Source of the DNA: Octopus vulgaris
Lineage: Eukaryota
Direction: 5' to 3'
Length of the DNA stretch: 64,000 bases
NCBI GenBank assembly: GCA_951406725.2
Contig: OX597817.1
Coordinates: 83,328,001 to 83,392,000 of the forward strand
The number at the start of each line of letters is the position of its first letter. Positions within the stretch are counted from its first letter, which is position 1. Positions 40,929-53,559 of the stretch are shown here, piece by piece. Both the position numbers and the translations under genes were made by a program. The notes beneath the pieces are model-generated. The model was not told the origin of the DNA, searched no databases, and saw nothing but the letters and a program-made list of their open reading frames with translations.

Positions 40929-41067
40929 TTTACTTGTTTCAGTCATTTGACAGCGGCCATGCTGGAGCACCGCTTTTTAGTTCAAGAAATCGACCCCAGG
41001 ACTTATTCTTCGTAAGCCTTGTACTTATTCTATCAGTATCTTTTGCTGAGCCGCTACGTTATGGGGA
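40929..41067 (-). mobile_element. SINE family A, 3' fragment
   Basis: ttacttgtttcagtcatttgacagcggccatgctggagcaccgc is the reverse complement of the family A tail. Confidence 0.85.
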
Positions 41068-41559
41068 CATATTCATATACATATATTTTTATAAATATTT
41101 ATAAGATCATGAACACACACACACACACACGCACACTCACACACACACACACTCACACACACATACACACACACACACATATACTTGCACATCCGCGCAC
41201 ACACACGCATACATATATGTATATAAACTCACGTGAGTGTGTGTGTACGTATATAAATATGCATATGTATGCGCGCGCGTATGGACATGTGTGTGGTACC
41301 CGGCGTTGATGAGGATGGCAACGCTGATCATAAGCCAAGGAAAGACAGCACTGAAAAACCTACAGATCACTACTACTATCACGACAGCCAGCACTCCCAC
41401 AGCCCCCACCACCAGCACCAGCATCTGCATCACTTTTTCCAACACCACCTTTACCAACAACACTCCCGCTCCATTTAGTATCCTTACTATAAGTACCGAA
41501 CCCTTTGTACATCTCTCTATCTATCTATCTTTCTATCTATCTATCTATCTATCAATCAT

Positions 41560-41596
<37 letters not shown>

Positions 41597-41646
41597 ATAT
41601 ATATATATATCTACCTATCTATCTATCTACCTATCTATCTATCTCC

Positions 41647-41670
<24 letters not shown>

Positions 41671-41677
<7 letters not shown>

Positions 41678-41862
41678 TGATTAGGGTTCAGCTAATTGCT
41701 TCACCACATTAGCTGAAACCTAATCATAATTATGTGGATAATTTTACCTATAAAGGTTATTTTACCGTCCCGATCTACTTGGTAAAATTATTAATAAATT
41801 GATTAATTAATTAATTCATTCAATTAATAAAGTTTACCCTTCTATTATTAGTTTTAGAATTA
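41671..41862. mobile_element. Short PLE-end-like island with a 26-bp foldback, between (TA)n
   Basis: Arms 41671-41696 and 41708-41733 (1 mismatch); contains tctacttggtaaaatt, similar to tctacttggtgaaatt in the HHR2 element. Confidence 0.55.
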
Positions 41863-42337
41863 TATATATATGTGTATGTGGGTGTGTGTATGTATGTATG
41901 TATGTGTGTATGTATGCGTATATACACATATATATATACATACATTCATACATACACACATACACACACACATATATATTTATAAATATATATATACACA
42001 CACACTTATATACAATGGCCTTCTTTCAGTTTCCGTCTATCAAATCCATTCACAAGGCTTTGGTGGGGCTTGGGGCTATAGTAGATGACATTTACCCAAG
42101 GTTCAACGCAGTGGGGCTGAATCCATATGTATATATATTAATGTTTGAGTTTATGTTCAGTTATATTAAAAGCAATTTTACATTAATCTGCGTTAATCTG
42201 TACTTCTGCAGAGTACAAATTTATAATTCTTAAAGATGTTGTTGATAGTGACTTCTAAGTTTCAGCTGTCATAGTCCGTCGATGGGTTATTTGACCGAAA
42301 CTTCTGGTGTAAGGGCTCTCTATGTGTTAGTGTATTC

Positions 42338-42387
<50 letters not shown>

Positions 42388-42550
42388 CCGTATGTGTGAG
42401 TGCATGTTAATAAAAAGGCATGCTTAAGTATTAAAAGATAAAGCATTTTCTTTCATTCATATTGAAATTGCATATAATCTTCATACGTCACACACTCACA
42501 TAGCAGCACACTCGCACACACGCACACACACAATCACATACGCATTCACA

Positions 42551-42587
<37 letters not shown>

Positions 42588-42934
42588 TGCAGACAAATAC
42601 ACGTATCAGATACACACACTCACACGATGATATACACACGGATTCACGCACGCGCAGACACTGACATACATAGTCAAATATTCACACACGCTCACATACT
42701 CACACACAGACATTTATATACATGCACACGTTTATATACATGCGCCAATCAAGGAGAGTCGAACCGGTCGGTTGCATTGCTAAAAATAGCAACTACACCT
42801 CGTCTATCACCACCAGAAATATATGTACACGCAAACACGCAAACACACACACACTCACAGCTATATGAATATAGAGAAAGAGAGAGCAAAAGAGACACAT
42901 TTATATCTATACATATACTCAAGTTTGTGTATAT

Positions 42935-43284
42935 CTTTTATCTTTTACTTGTTTCAGTCATTTGACTGCGGCCATGCTGGGGCACCACTTTGAAAGATTT
43001 TAGTCGAACAAATCGATCCCAGGATTTATTTTCTCTTTCAAGCCTGGTATTTATCCCATCTGTCTTACGGGGACGTTAACACACCAACACCGGTTGTCAA
43101 GCCGTGGAGGGGGACAAACACAGACACAAAGACACACGCGCACATAGATATATACATATACGACGGGCTTCCTTCAGTTTCTAACAAATCTGAAGTTATA
43201 GAAGATACTTGCCCAGTGTCATGCAGTGGGTTTGAACCCGGAACTTAGTGACTGGGAAGCAAGCATCTTGCCACATTGCCACGC
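42935..43284 (-). mobile_element. SINE family A, diverged
   Basis: Reverse-complement tail and head both recognisable. Confidence 0.85.
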
Positions 43285-43601
43285 ATGCGAACAACTTTGA
43301 TTCAATCAATTATACGTCTACATGAAGGTTTAATTTCGCCTGTCACACAAGCACTCACATACGCACACACACTCACTCAAGGACGCACGCACATCCACTT
43401 GACAACGCATTGCACGCACACTCACGTAGTTACATCAACACACATGCACGCGCGCAAAGATCTACCCATACACATGCCCATCAATGTATGGCTTTATATG
43501 CACACATATACACATATACATGCATTGAAATGCATACATACACGCACATCCACACATACACACATATATATACACACATATATATGTATATATATCTATT
43601 T

Positions 43602-43829
43602 CTTTATTACCTACATGGGGCTAAACATAGAGGGGACAAACAAAGACAGATATAAGTATTTAGTCGATTACATCGACCCCAGTGCGTAACTGGTACTTAT
43701 TTAATCGACCCCGAAGGGATGAAAGGCAAAGTCGACCTCGGCGGAATTTGAACTCAGAACGTAACGGCAGCCGAAATACCGCTAGGCATTCCGACCGGCG
43801 TACTAACGATTCTGCCAGCTCGCCGCCTT
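43602..43829 (-). mobile_element. SINE family B, monomer
   Basis: Reverse complement of ggcggcgagctggcagaatcgttag...cctttcatcccttcggggtcgat. Confidence 0.9.
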
Positions 43830-44253
43830 ATGTGTATATATATATATGTATATGTATATGTACTTAAATATGTATGTATAATCATATACATATATAATAT
43901 ACATCTATATATGTGTGTGTACCAATAAACGTTATACATTCAAGTTGAAGTTTCTTTATTAAGCGAGTCAAAGAGAAAGCTGTAGTTTTGCATCTCTTTC
44001 GAATGCAAGTAAACCTGTTTACTTGGTTCCTATTGTTATATCAACATACGTACATACGCATACAATTATCTCTCTCTATATATACATATACAGACACGCG
44101 TATATGTATATATACTTAAATATACATCCGTATGTATGTATGTATGCACGAAAGTAAATGTAGGTGTGTCTATATGTATTGTGTCCTTTAAATAAATATT
44201 TATCTCTCACTAGATGGACTACTTTTTTGCTGAATTTTCAATCACGGAACAGT

Positions 44254-44383
<130 letters not shown>

Positions 44384-44713
44384 TTGTACATTGTACTCAT
44401 GTGTATTGTGTAAATAATGATTTTATCATTATTAATATTGTTTACGCTGGTATTATATGATTTCGATTTGCGCTGCAATCAATTATCGAGTCGATGTTGT
44501 ATGATTTAATAGCACTGAATTATGAGGTTGAATTATGTTTTTACATCATTCTGATTACCTTTACATTAAATAGACAGTATTTGCGCATATTATTACGGAA
44601 AAAGTTTTACGTAGCTTCATAAGTTAACTGAATTTACTTAATACTTAAAATCCCGACAAGCATTTCAAAGAAATTCTAGATATTAAACAACACAGACAGA
44701 TATATGTTGAGCT

Positions 44714-44950
44714 GAAGGCGCATGACCTATTGGTTAAGGTGCTGCACACATGATCATAGTTCGCTTCCCAGACCGGATGTTGCGTGGTACCTTTTTGAGC
44801 AAAAACATTTTTACACATGTTCGAAAACTCACTTTTATGGAACGTGTGGTCTTATGTGCAACACAAACATTTGGTCCCTATAAACAAATTATTTGTGTGT
44901 TTGTTCAGCAAGAAATTGTGAAACTCTTATCTCGTCGGTTAACGACGTGA
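44714..44950 (+). mobile_element. Diverged tRNA-derived SINE (family C-like head)
   Basis: gaaggcgcatgacctattggttaagg..gttcgcttcccagaccgg..ttgagcaaaaaca resembles the heads at 8206 and 61253. Confidence 0.6.
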
Positions 44951-44962
44951 GTCGATATATGT

Positions 44963-45038
<76 letters not shown>

Positions 45039-45069
45039 CTTTAAAGTATACAACACATGTCCTTAAAAT

Positions 45070-45118
45070 GCTATTACTAGTTTCATATGTTGAGAAATAT
45101 CTCAAACATTCATCAGGC
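45070..45118 (-). ncRNA. Degenerate hammerhead motif (HHR4)
   Basis: CUGAUGA-[AUGUUUGAGA UAUU UCUCAACAUAU]-GAAA-CUAGUA; strong stem II, poor stem I; next to (TA)n. Confidence 0.5.
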
Positions 45119-45216
45119 TCAAACAACATATATCGAACTAAAAAGAAAATTGAATAAGAGAAGAAACGCCTAAAAACTGAGAAGATAGCATGTATAAAAT
45201 TAGTGACAGAAATAGT

Positions 45217-45609
45217 ATTCTGTTCTACTCTAGGCACAACGCCCGAAATTTTTGGGGAGCGGGCCAATCGATTAGATCAACCCCAGTACGCAACTAGTAC
45301 TTAATTTATCTACCCCGAAAGGATGACAGACAAAATCGACTTCGACGGAATTTGCACTCAGAACGTAAAGACAGACGAAATACCTATTTCTTTACTGCCC
45401 ACAAGGGGCTACACACAGAAGGGACAAACAAGGACAGACAAACGGATTAAGTCGATTATATCGACCCCAGTGCATAACTGGTACTCATTTAATCGACCCC
45501 GAAAGGCAAAGTCGACCTCGGCGGAATTTGAACTCAGAACTTAGCGGCAGACGAATTAGTGCTAAGCATTTCGCCCGGCATGCTAACGTTTCTGCCAGCT
45601 CGCCGCCTT
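45217..45609 (-). mobile_element. SINE family B, dimeric form
   Basis: Body repeated twice, same layout as 52129-52515. Confidence 0.85.
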
Positions 45610-45704
45610 GTGAGAGAAAGAGTATTCATACCATACGGCAATCTTTATGTCCTGCTCAACATGGACGTTCTGGCAATACGTCCATATCGAGTAGGATATA
45701 TATA

Positions 45705-46101
45705 TCTTCTATCTTTTACTTGTTTCAGTCATTTGAGAGCGGACATACTGGTACAACGCCTTGAAATATTTTAATCGAACCAGTCGAACCCAGTACTTAC
45801 TTTTTTAAACCTAGAACTTATTTTCTATCGGTATCTTCTTTTGCCGAACTGCTAGGTTACGGTGACGTGAACAAACCAGCACCAGTTGTTAAGCGGTGGT
45901 GGAGGGCAAACCCCACAGACACAAAGAGACATGATAAATATATACGACGAGCTTCTTTTAGTTTCCGTCTACCAAATTCACTTGGAAGGCTTTGGTTGGG
46001 CTGAGGTTAAAGCAGAAGACATTTGCCCAAGGTGCCACGCAGTGGTACTGAACCCGAAACCATGTGTTTGGGAAGCAAGCTTCCTACTACACAGCCACGC
46101 A
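45705..46101 (-). mobile_element. SINE family A, diverged full length
   Basis: Reverse-complement head (cacagccacgc) and tail (ttttacttgtttcagtcatt). Confidence 0.85.
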
Positions 46102-46239
46102 TGTAGCGGACACACATGTATGTACCTACATGCAAACATATACACAAATATAAACTCATATTTATCTGTGTATTATATAGATTTACATATATATGTGTGT
46201 GTGTGTCCTAATACATATACATATAGATAGATAGATAGA

Positions 46240-46378
46240 TACATACATACATACATACATACATACATACATACATACATACATACATACATACATACAT
46301 ACATGCATGCATACATACATACATACATACATACATACATACATACATACATACATACATACATACATACATACATAC
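46240..46378. repeat. (TACA)n microsatellite
   Basis: Visible. Confidence 0.95.
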
Positions 46379-46745
46379 AATATTAATGATATATTATTTA
46401 GATATAATTTTTGTAAATTAAACTAGCTCTTAAATACTTTTGCAAATAAAATTGTTTCAACAACAGGTGACTTTTCCTTTGACAGCAAAATACCTTTTAT
46501 GACAAGTCATGCATTACAACAATTTCACATTAAAACTGAAGGTTAACTCTATTGAGCTAACCTTCAATGGTGGACTACATTAAACCTTTACATGGAAAAT
46601 CTCGCTAGTGACTTTGAAGTATTGGCATGCATGCCTTCGTCAACATATAGTTGGAATTTACAAATAAAAAAAATATACAAAAGACGAAGACGGGCGTATA
46701 ATCAACAAACAGTTATATTAGTTTAACGCTGGGATAGTGAGACAG

Positions 46746-46784
46746 TCTTTTACGTTTCGAGCTTACGCTCTTCAACAGAAAAGA
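46746..46784 (-). ncRNA. Minimal hammerhead-like motif (HHR5), variant core, in a probable PLE 3' end
   Basis: UCUUUU-CUGUUGA-A-GAGC GUAA GCUC-GAAA-C-GUA^-AAAGA; A6U, an extra A before stem II, and stem III possible only as a dimer. Confidence 0.4.
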
Positions 46785-47383
46785 ACACAGAAATAAGCAG
46801 AGAGAAAATATAAAAAAAGGTTTGGTGGCTACCGATCAATCATGGCGAATGCCAGACAGGGGTGGTCAGACAGGAGAGCTAGGAAGAAGGGAAGATAAAA
46901 AAGTAGTAGTGATCAAAACGAAGGTGCGCGCGCGTGTATATGTGCGAGCGTGTGCGGAGTGGTGTGATGTAGTGTGGTGTGGTATGGTGGTATGTGGTGT
47001 GGAGGTGTGTGGTGTGGTGTGTTGGTGTGTGGTATGGTGGTGTAGTGGTGTGGTGTGTTGGTGTGTGGTATGGTGGTGTATTGGTGTGGTGGTGTGTAGT
47101 GTGGTGGTATGTGGTGGTGTGTGGTATTGCAAGATGTGGTGCCGGAGTGTGGGGAACGCGAGAGTGGACACAGATTTGCGCGGATGTGAGTATGTGTGTG
47201 TGCGCGCTCGTGTGTCTGCAAGTGTGTGCGTGTGTGTGCAATGTCAACACTGTATATTTACACCATGTAATTTTTATAAAGTGCAATTACCGTGGCATAG
47301 AACATCTTTCTCACTCTTTAAGTTAACATAATAAAACGTCCATTAAGCTTACGTAACCATTTTAATGATAATATTTAATATGT

Positions 47384-47595
47384 CCAGCTGGCAAAATGCT
47401 TAGGGGCATTTCGTCTGTCTTTGCGTTCTGAGTTCAAATTCTGCCGAGGTTGACTTTGCCTTTCATTCTTTCGGGTTCGACTTTGCCTTTCAGTCTTTTA
47501 GAGGCGACAAAATACATATGAACTAATCATTAGGTTTGATGTAAACGACTTATTCCGTCCCACGAATTGCTGACCTTCTCCCAAAATTTTAAGTC
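47384..47595 (+). mobile_element. SINE family B, diverged
   Basis: aaatgcttagg..gttctgagttcaaattctgccgaggttgactttgcctttcatt, with a small internal duplication. Confidence 0.75.
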
Positions 47596-49142
47596 AATAT
47601 TTCAACTGTTTACTGTGTTAAGATTTGACTATTAAAGATGATACCTTGACCAGCAAGTAATTTTCTATGTGGATGATCATTTGCAAGTAATAACAGCCAA
47701 ATTTCCCTTGAATTGCAATCTATTGTTCTAAATATAAGTAAAAGGTGTGACTACATTGGGGCAGTCATCAATGAAGCGTTTTATGATAAATAAAACTACA
47801 GCTACATTAACAATATATTATTTACCTTATTGAAATTTCGAAAAAGTTGTTACTTCTCTCTTTGCCTCTATTAAGTCAGATTGAGCAAAATTATGATGAA
47901 AGTGATCTAGTCATGACTATCCTGGCTTTTTAGGGCTGTCAAGGAAATTGGAGTTCAGTGTATGACTTTTTTGCTGGTCAATGTTTCAATAGAGTTGGAT
48001 GCGGCTTCGTATATTTTAGTAACTACAGCGATCGCCATGTCTTGACAATGAAATTGTACATGATTGATTTTCCACCTCATCTCAACTCTTAAGCCTAGCT
48101 ACGTACAAACGTATTCCACTCAATAGCTTTCAGCCTTTATTTTTCTTACCCTGTTTAAGAGGATGAGATTTGATTTGAAAGAGAGATTTAGCAGCTATCT
48201 TCTTGAAGTCGAAGGATTTCGTAATTCTCCCTTGTTCGCACGTGAAATTTTATTTTCTTGTCCATGGACAGTGAACAACAGATGGAGAATAATAGTCTTA
48301 GATGCAATTAACTGGTTCAGATTCGTCATCCGATGATATATATATTCAAATATGCAGTCACGTGTATCAGTGCTTTCTGGCAATTTTATATGTTAATTTG
48401 AGAACGTATGTTTATAAGGCAAGTTAGATGAACGATAAATATATGGGAAATCTATAAGGTTTTTATAGGTTACGCTTTTAGGAAATCTGCATTAATTAAA
48501 TTAGTATATTCTTTATTTTTCTATATATCATAAGAAATACTTGTGAACAAAAACAATGCATATATCACTACAACTTGCACCTATTTTAAAGTAAATATAA
48601 TTGAATTATCTTAAATCAGACGTTTTCGAATTTTATTTTTAATACTATTATTACTAAATACGAAATGTTTAACAAACTGTACACTTGTATTACTTTTCAT
48701 TTTCCATTTTTTTTCTTTTTCTCTCTCTGTCTTTTTTTTTTTTTTGCTTACTTTTCGGCGATAATTTGTCTGTTCATTTCATGTGTGAATTACTCGATGT
48801 TATTGCTTATCACAAATATCGCAAATTGAGAACATTTCTACATACTTTTGGAGCATGATGCACAACGGATCAATTCTCTGGGTGTAAAGTGCGCCATTAC
48901 ATATAATTATACTACTACACTGCTATAGTCTACATATGTAGCGCTTCAATTACGAAAAAAAAGAAACTAAAGTTATAGCATATTATACATGCATTATTAA
49001 TTTTATTCTTTGGACGATTGACTTGGAAACTATCGAACGAAATTGACAATAAGATCTTATAGACACAAACATTTATATTATTTGTATTATTTTAATAATA
49101 ATATTCAAATATAAAAAAAAATCATATATATCTGAATGTATG

Positions 49143-49215
<73 letters not shown>

Positions 49216-50487
49216 GTGTATATTATATATATATATATACATACATATATATACATATATATATAGATACACATAAACACACATACATGCAAATACAACG
49301 CACACACATACACACACTACGATAATAGCAAAAATAATGAGTTAACGACACTTATATCTGGTGGAGAAATATTTTTTTATTCGTGGATTAACAGTGCCAC
49401 CAATAGTTTCAGGTGGAAAAACAGGAAATTCCTCCGGAATGAAACCAACCAGAGATGTGTGTCCATATATTAAATTCATATGTATATGTATATGTATCTG
49501 TGTGTGTGTGTGTGTGTGTGTGTTGTGTGTGTATATATATATATATATATGTATGTATTTAGCTATGTATGTATGTATGCGCATGTTCTTAAAGTGGACG
49601 ACCATTATGTGTGTATATATACGAGTGAGAGGACAAACGAATGAATAGTGCACTCAACACATTTATGAAATACTATTGGTGGTTGTGGTGAGGAGGCTAT
49701 CGTTATTGTCACAGACCATGAAATACACGCTAACCATGAAATAAATGAACTTTTAACCATTCACATTTACCACAGAATCCGTAACTACACAGACAAGGAC
49801 ACATGCATGTACGCTCATCCTCTTTTATTCGCTCTCTCTCTTTCTCTTCCTCTCTCTTTCGTTCTACCTATCTATCACCATCTAGCTATCTCTTTATCTC
49901 TCTCTCTCTTTCTCACTCTCTCTCTCTTTCATATCCCCAAAATATGAATATGAAATCTATAAAACTAGGAGACAGACGACAGACCTGAAATAAAGAGGGC
50001 ATGTCATTAATGCGTACCTGAAGGGCGATGGAAGAACTCTGATGAAGGTAGCTGATTGACTAATTGATCGAACGAGCCCTCAAACACTTGATTAACTTGT
50101 TGATTAACAGGTTAATTGCTTCCCTGAAGTATTATAATATTAAATTACGTGAAATAGTACCAGTGCGTGTATTATTATTCACATACCTACCAAGATTCAG
50201 TTATATGTATATATAAATATATATACATACATATCTATACACACACACAAACGCGCGCGCACGCACACCCACATCATAGTTGTAATGGAGGTTAATTGGC
50301 AGAATCATTACAAAAAAGAGAAAGGTTTTGCAGTTTTCCGTTTCACTCTTTATGTTCTGAATTTAAATCCAGCTAACATCAACTTTCGACGTCGATTAAA
50401 TAAAGTACCACTGAAGTATGAGAATCAATGGTATCGAACAACAAAAATTCTTTGTGACCTTTTGCCTAGCTTCGAATTGTATCTGTA

Positions 50488-50559
<72 letters not shown>

Positions 50560-51180
50560 GTGGCTTCACAGCTTAGAATGTCTTCTACTGCACTTCATTC
50601 ACAAGGTCCAGTTCTAACCATATACACTTTTGTCTAGTATGAAAATTATTGTATAGTATAATGTATTATAATTTGTTCAAGTTTTATCAATGTAATCCCG
50701 TATTAGAACAATATTAGAGATTGATTATACTTCGATGTCGTTCTATTTGATGTACATAATAGATTGAAGAGATGATAAGTGCAAGCAATATTAACGTTTT
50801 CTTTTGAGACTGTATCTTCAGTACTACTTACGTGTCTTACGCTATCTTAGGCATCAAACGCTTTTAAATCTAATGATTTCAAAGAAATTATATATTTTAT
50901 GGTCCTGCATAAACTTCTGACAATTTTATAGTTTTTAAAATTACCGTTGAATTGCTACAGAAACTTTTAGCTACAACAATTATAATTGATTTTTAAGATA
51001 TGATCCACTTACTTCAATGCCATATATTTGAAGTTGATATAACTTATTCAATTACATAACTCACAGTGGTTAACTGTTTCCTATTATAAGAATCCCAGAA
51101 TTTGACTGCTGAGTAATATGACCCTGTGCCTATCCCAGGTATTTTCATGTTTGTACTAAACGTCCACGCTTGTTTTCATA

Positions 51181-51689
51181 CTGTAAATCTTCGTGTATAA
51201 TCCGCATTTTCCCCCCAAAATTTAAAGGTCAAAATCCCTAGTGCGTACTATATACGAGGTTAAAAATGAAAAATATTTTCTAAGCAATGTCCGAGTCTCT
51301 ATTTGCTGTCCGGCAATGTTTATTCAGACGCATTTTGTGATGTCGGGCGCGAAAATACCTTAAGCTAAGCCTGAAGTCATAAAAGAATCATCCATAACTT
51401 GCAGTAAGCAACATTTATTAAAATAAAAGTATTGAGAACACAGAATAACATGCAACAAAAGCAATTTGCAAACATATTTACATTCCCATATAACAGTTAA
51501 GAACACCACCATTATTGTATTACGCATGCGTGGAAGTGTTCGACTACGTGCTGCTGGCTTAATTACGCACGACTCAAGTTACAGAAGGAGTGTGTATTAT
51601 ACACAAGGTTTAGGTTTTTCAGAGGTACATCCCCCTAAAAATCCCCTGCGTATTATACTCAAGGGCGGATTATACTCGAAGATTTACGG
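51181..51689. mobile_element. Non-autonomous pogo/Tc2-type MITE
   Basis: TA|ctgtaaatcttcgtgtataatccgc ... gcggattatactcgaagatttacgg|TA (25-bp TIR with 2 mismatches, TA TSD). Confidence 0.88.
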
Positions 51690-52045
51690 TACTTTTCATA
51701 CTTGTCTGTTGGTTTTTTTTTTTTTAACCAGTCTGAGATCCTCTCATATCATAGATCCCACATTACGGAACATTTATTTTAAATCCTTGATATGAAGAAT
51801 CACTTTTTATTTATTCATTTATTTACTTATTCATTTGTTTATTTATTATAATTATTTTCATCTATTTCTCGGAAAAAACATACTACCCAGTCTTATAACT
51901 AATTCATCGTTTAAGCGGTATTTCTTTTCGTCTACTGCTAGACTACAATATCTGGTCGAATCTTTATTTCCCTGTTAGTGTGGGCGAAATAATCGACTAG
52001 TTCACTCCCCCAAAATTTCAGGGGCTTGTGCCTTTAGTAGAAAGG

Positions 52046-52120
<75 letters not shown>

Positions 52121-52128
52121 ATTTATCA

Positions 52129-52513
52129 AGGCGGCGAACTGGCAGAATCGCAAGCATGTCGGGCGAAATGCTTAGCGGTATTTCGTCTGCCGTTACGTTG
52201 TGAGTTCAAATTCTGCCGAGGTCGACTTTGCCTTTCATCCCTTCGGGGTCGATAAATTAAGCACCAGTTACGCACTGGAGTCGATGTAATCGACTTAATA
52301 CCCATGTCTGTCCTTGTTTGTCCTTTCTATGTTTAGCCCCCTGTGGGTAATAAAGAAATAGGTATTTCGTCTATCTTCACCTTCTGAGTTCAAATGCCGC
52401 CGGTGTTGACTTTTCTCTTCATCTTTCGGGGTCGGTAAAATAAGTACCATTTGAACACTGGGGTCAATGTAATCGTCTTACTCCTTCTCTCAAAATTTCA
52501 GGCCTCGTTCCTA

Positions 52514-52515
<2 letters not shown>
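52129..52515 (+). mobile_element. SINE family B, dimeric form with (TAG)n tail
   Basis: gtatttcgtct..gagttcaaat..ttcggggtcg..cactgg.gtc.atgtaatcg occurs twice (from about 52178 and 52362). Confidence 0.88.
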
Positions 52516-52561
<46 letters not shown>

Positions 52562-53559
52562 GAGTAGTAGTAGTAGTAGAGGAGTGGGAGGAAGAGGAGG
52601 TGGATACTTGAATGTTCGTGGAAAGGAATGCCTGAGTCAGAACTCCAGAGTGAAAAGTACTTTTTAACGGATGATCTATTCAAAAATGGGTTGTTGGCTT
52701 GCTTACCGACAAACGGTTTCGAATTATTTTGATATCCCACTGCAGTGCACTTGTTCGGGATAAATAATTCTCAAAACCCATTTTTAGATTGTTTTTTTCT
52801 TTCAGCAGCCATTTGCACGATAGGAGGAGCTCGCCACAAGAGTGGTAACATTAGTTTTAATAACACAAATTTACACACCCCATATTCATTCATTTTCTAC
52901 CAGGAAAATATATTTCAAGAAAGTGACTTCGTGAAAATTAAAGACAGCTTATCTTTGAACATTGGAAAATACCAACAAAAAAAATAAAAATAAAAATGAT
53001 AATAATAAATACTGAAAACTCTAACTGAAATATAAAAACAAAAATAGCATATCAACAGAGAATACTATAACGATAGCCTTCTCACCACAACCATCTACAG
53101 CATTTCATATTTACTAATGTGATTCATAAGGCGGTCCTCGATGTGAGCTAGTGCGCGGAAACCATGGAGCTATGGACGAGGTGTGTCGGAAAGGCAGTAC
53201 CTACTCGTGTAAGGAATTTATCCAAGAACCGACAAGGAAGTAGGTGATATATCTCTCTATTTCGTTGTAATCAAAGTATTTTCTCAAATAGCATTGCTTT
53301 TACTCATATCATTTATTTCTGTTGATTTTTCATTATGCTAGCATTACTTTCAGTGTTTGTAAACCTTACTTCTCTCATACAAGTGGATGAATTATTCTTT
53401 TTGGATAAGATACGTCACTCCCAAACATTTTGGTTAATTATTGTTTTTTTCCATATTTCCATATACTCTATCATCATCATCATTGTTCGACCGTGGTCGA
53501 GACAATGGAATTTACTGTGTTACGCCAGACTTCACAGTCCATCATAGCTTATACTCTAT

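Noticed and set aside
46822-47331. Val/Cys/Trp-rich and His/Thr-rich ORFs
   Set aside because: Derived from a degenerate (GTG/GTGGT)n tract
49965-50030. Minus-strand splice-like signals (cag|gtacgc and tttatttcag|g)
   Set aside because: Only about 31 nt apart with no supporting ORF; an exon cannot be supported
50039-50075. CTGATGA followed by GAAC
   Set aside because: No stem II or stem I pairing and no GAAA; not a hammerhead
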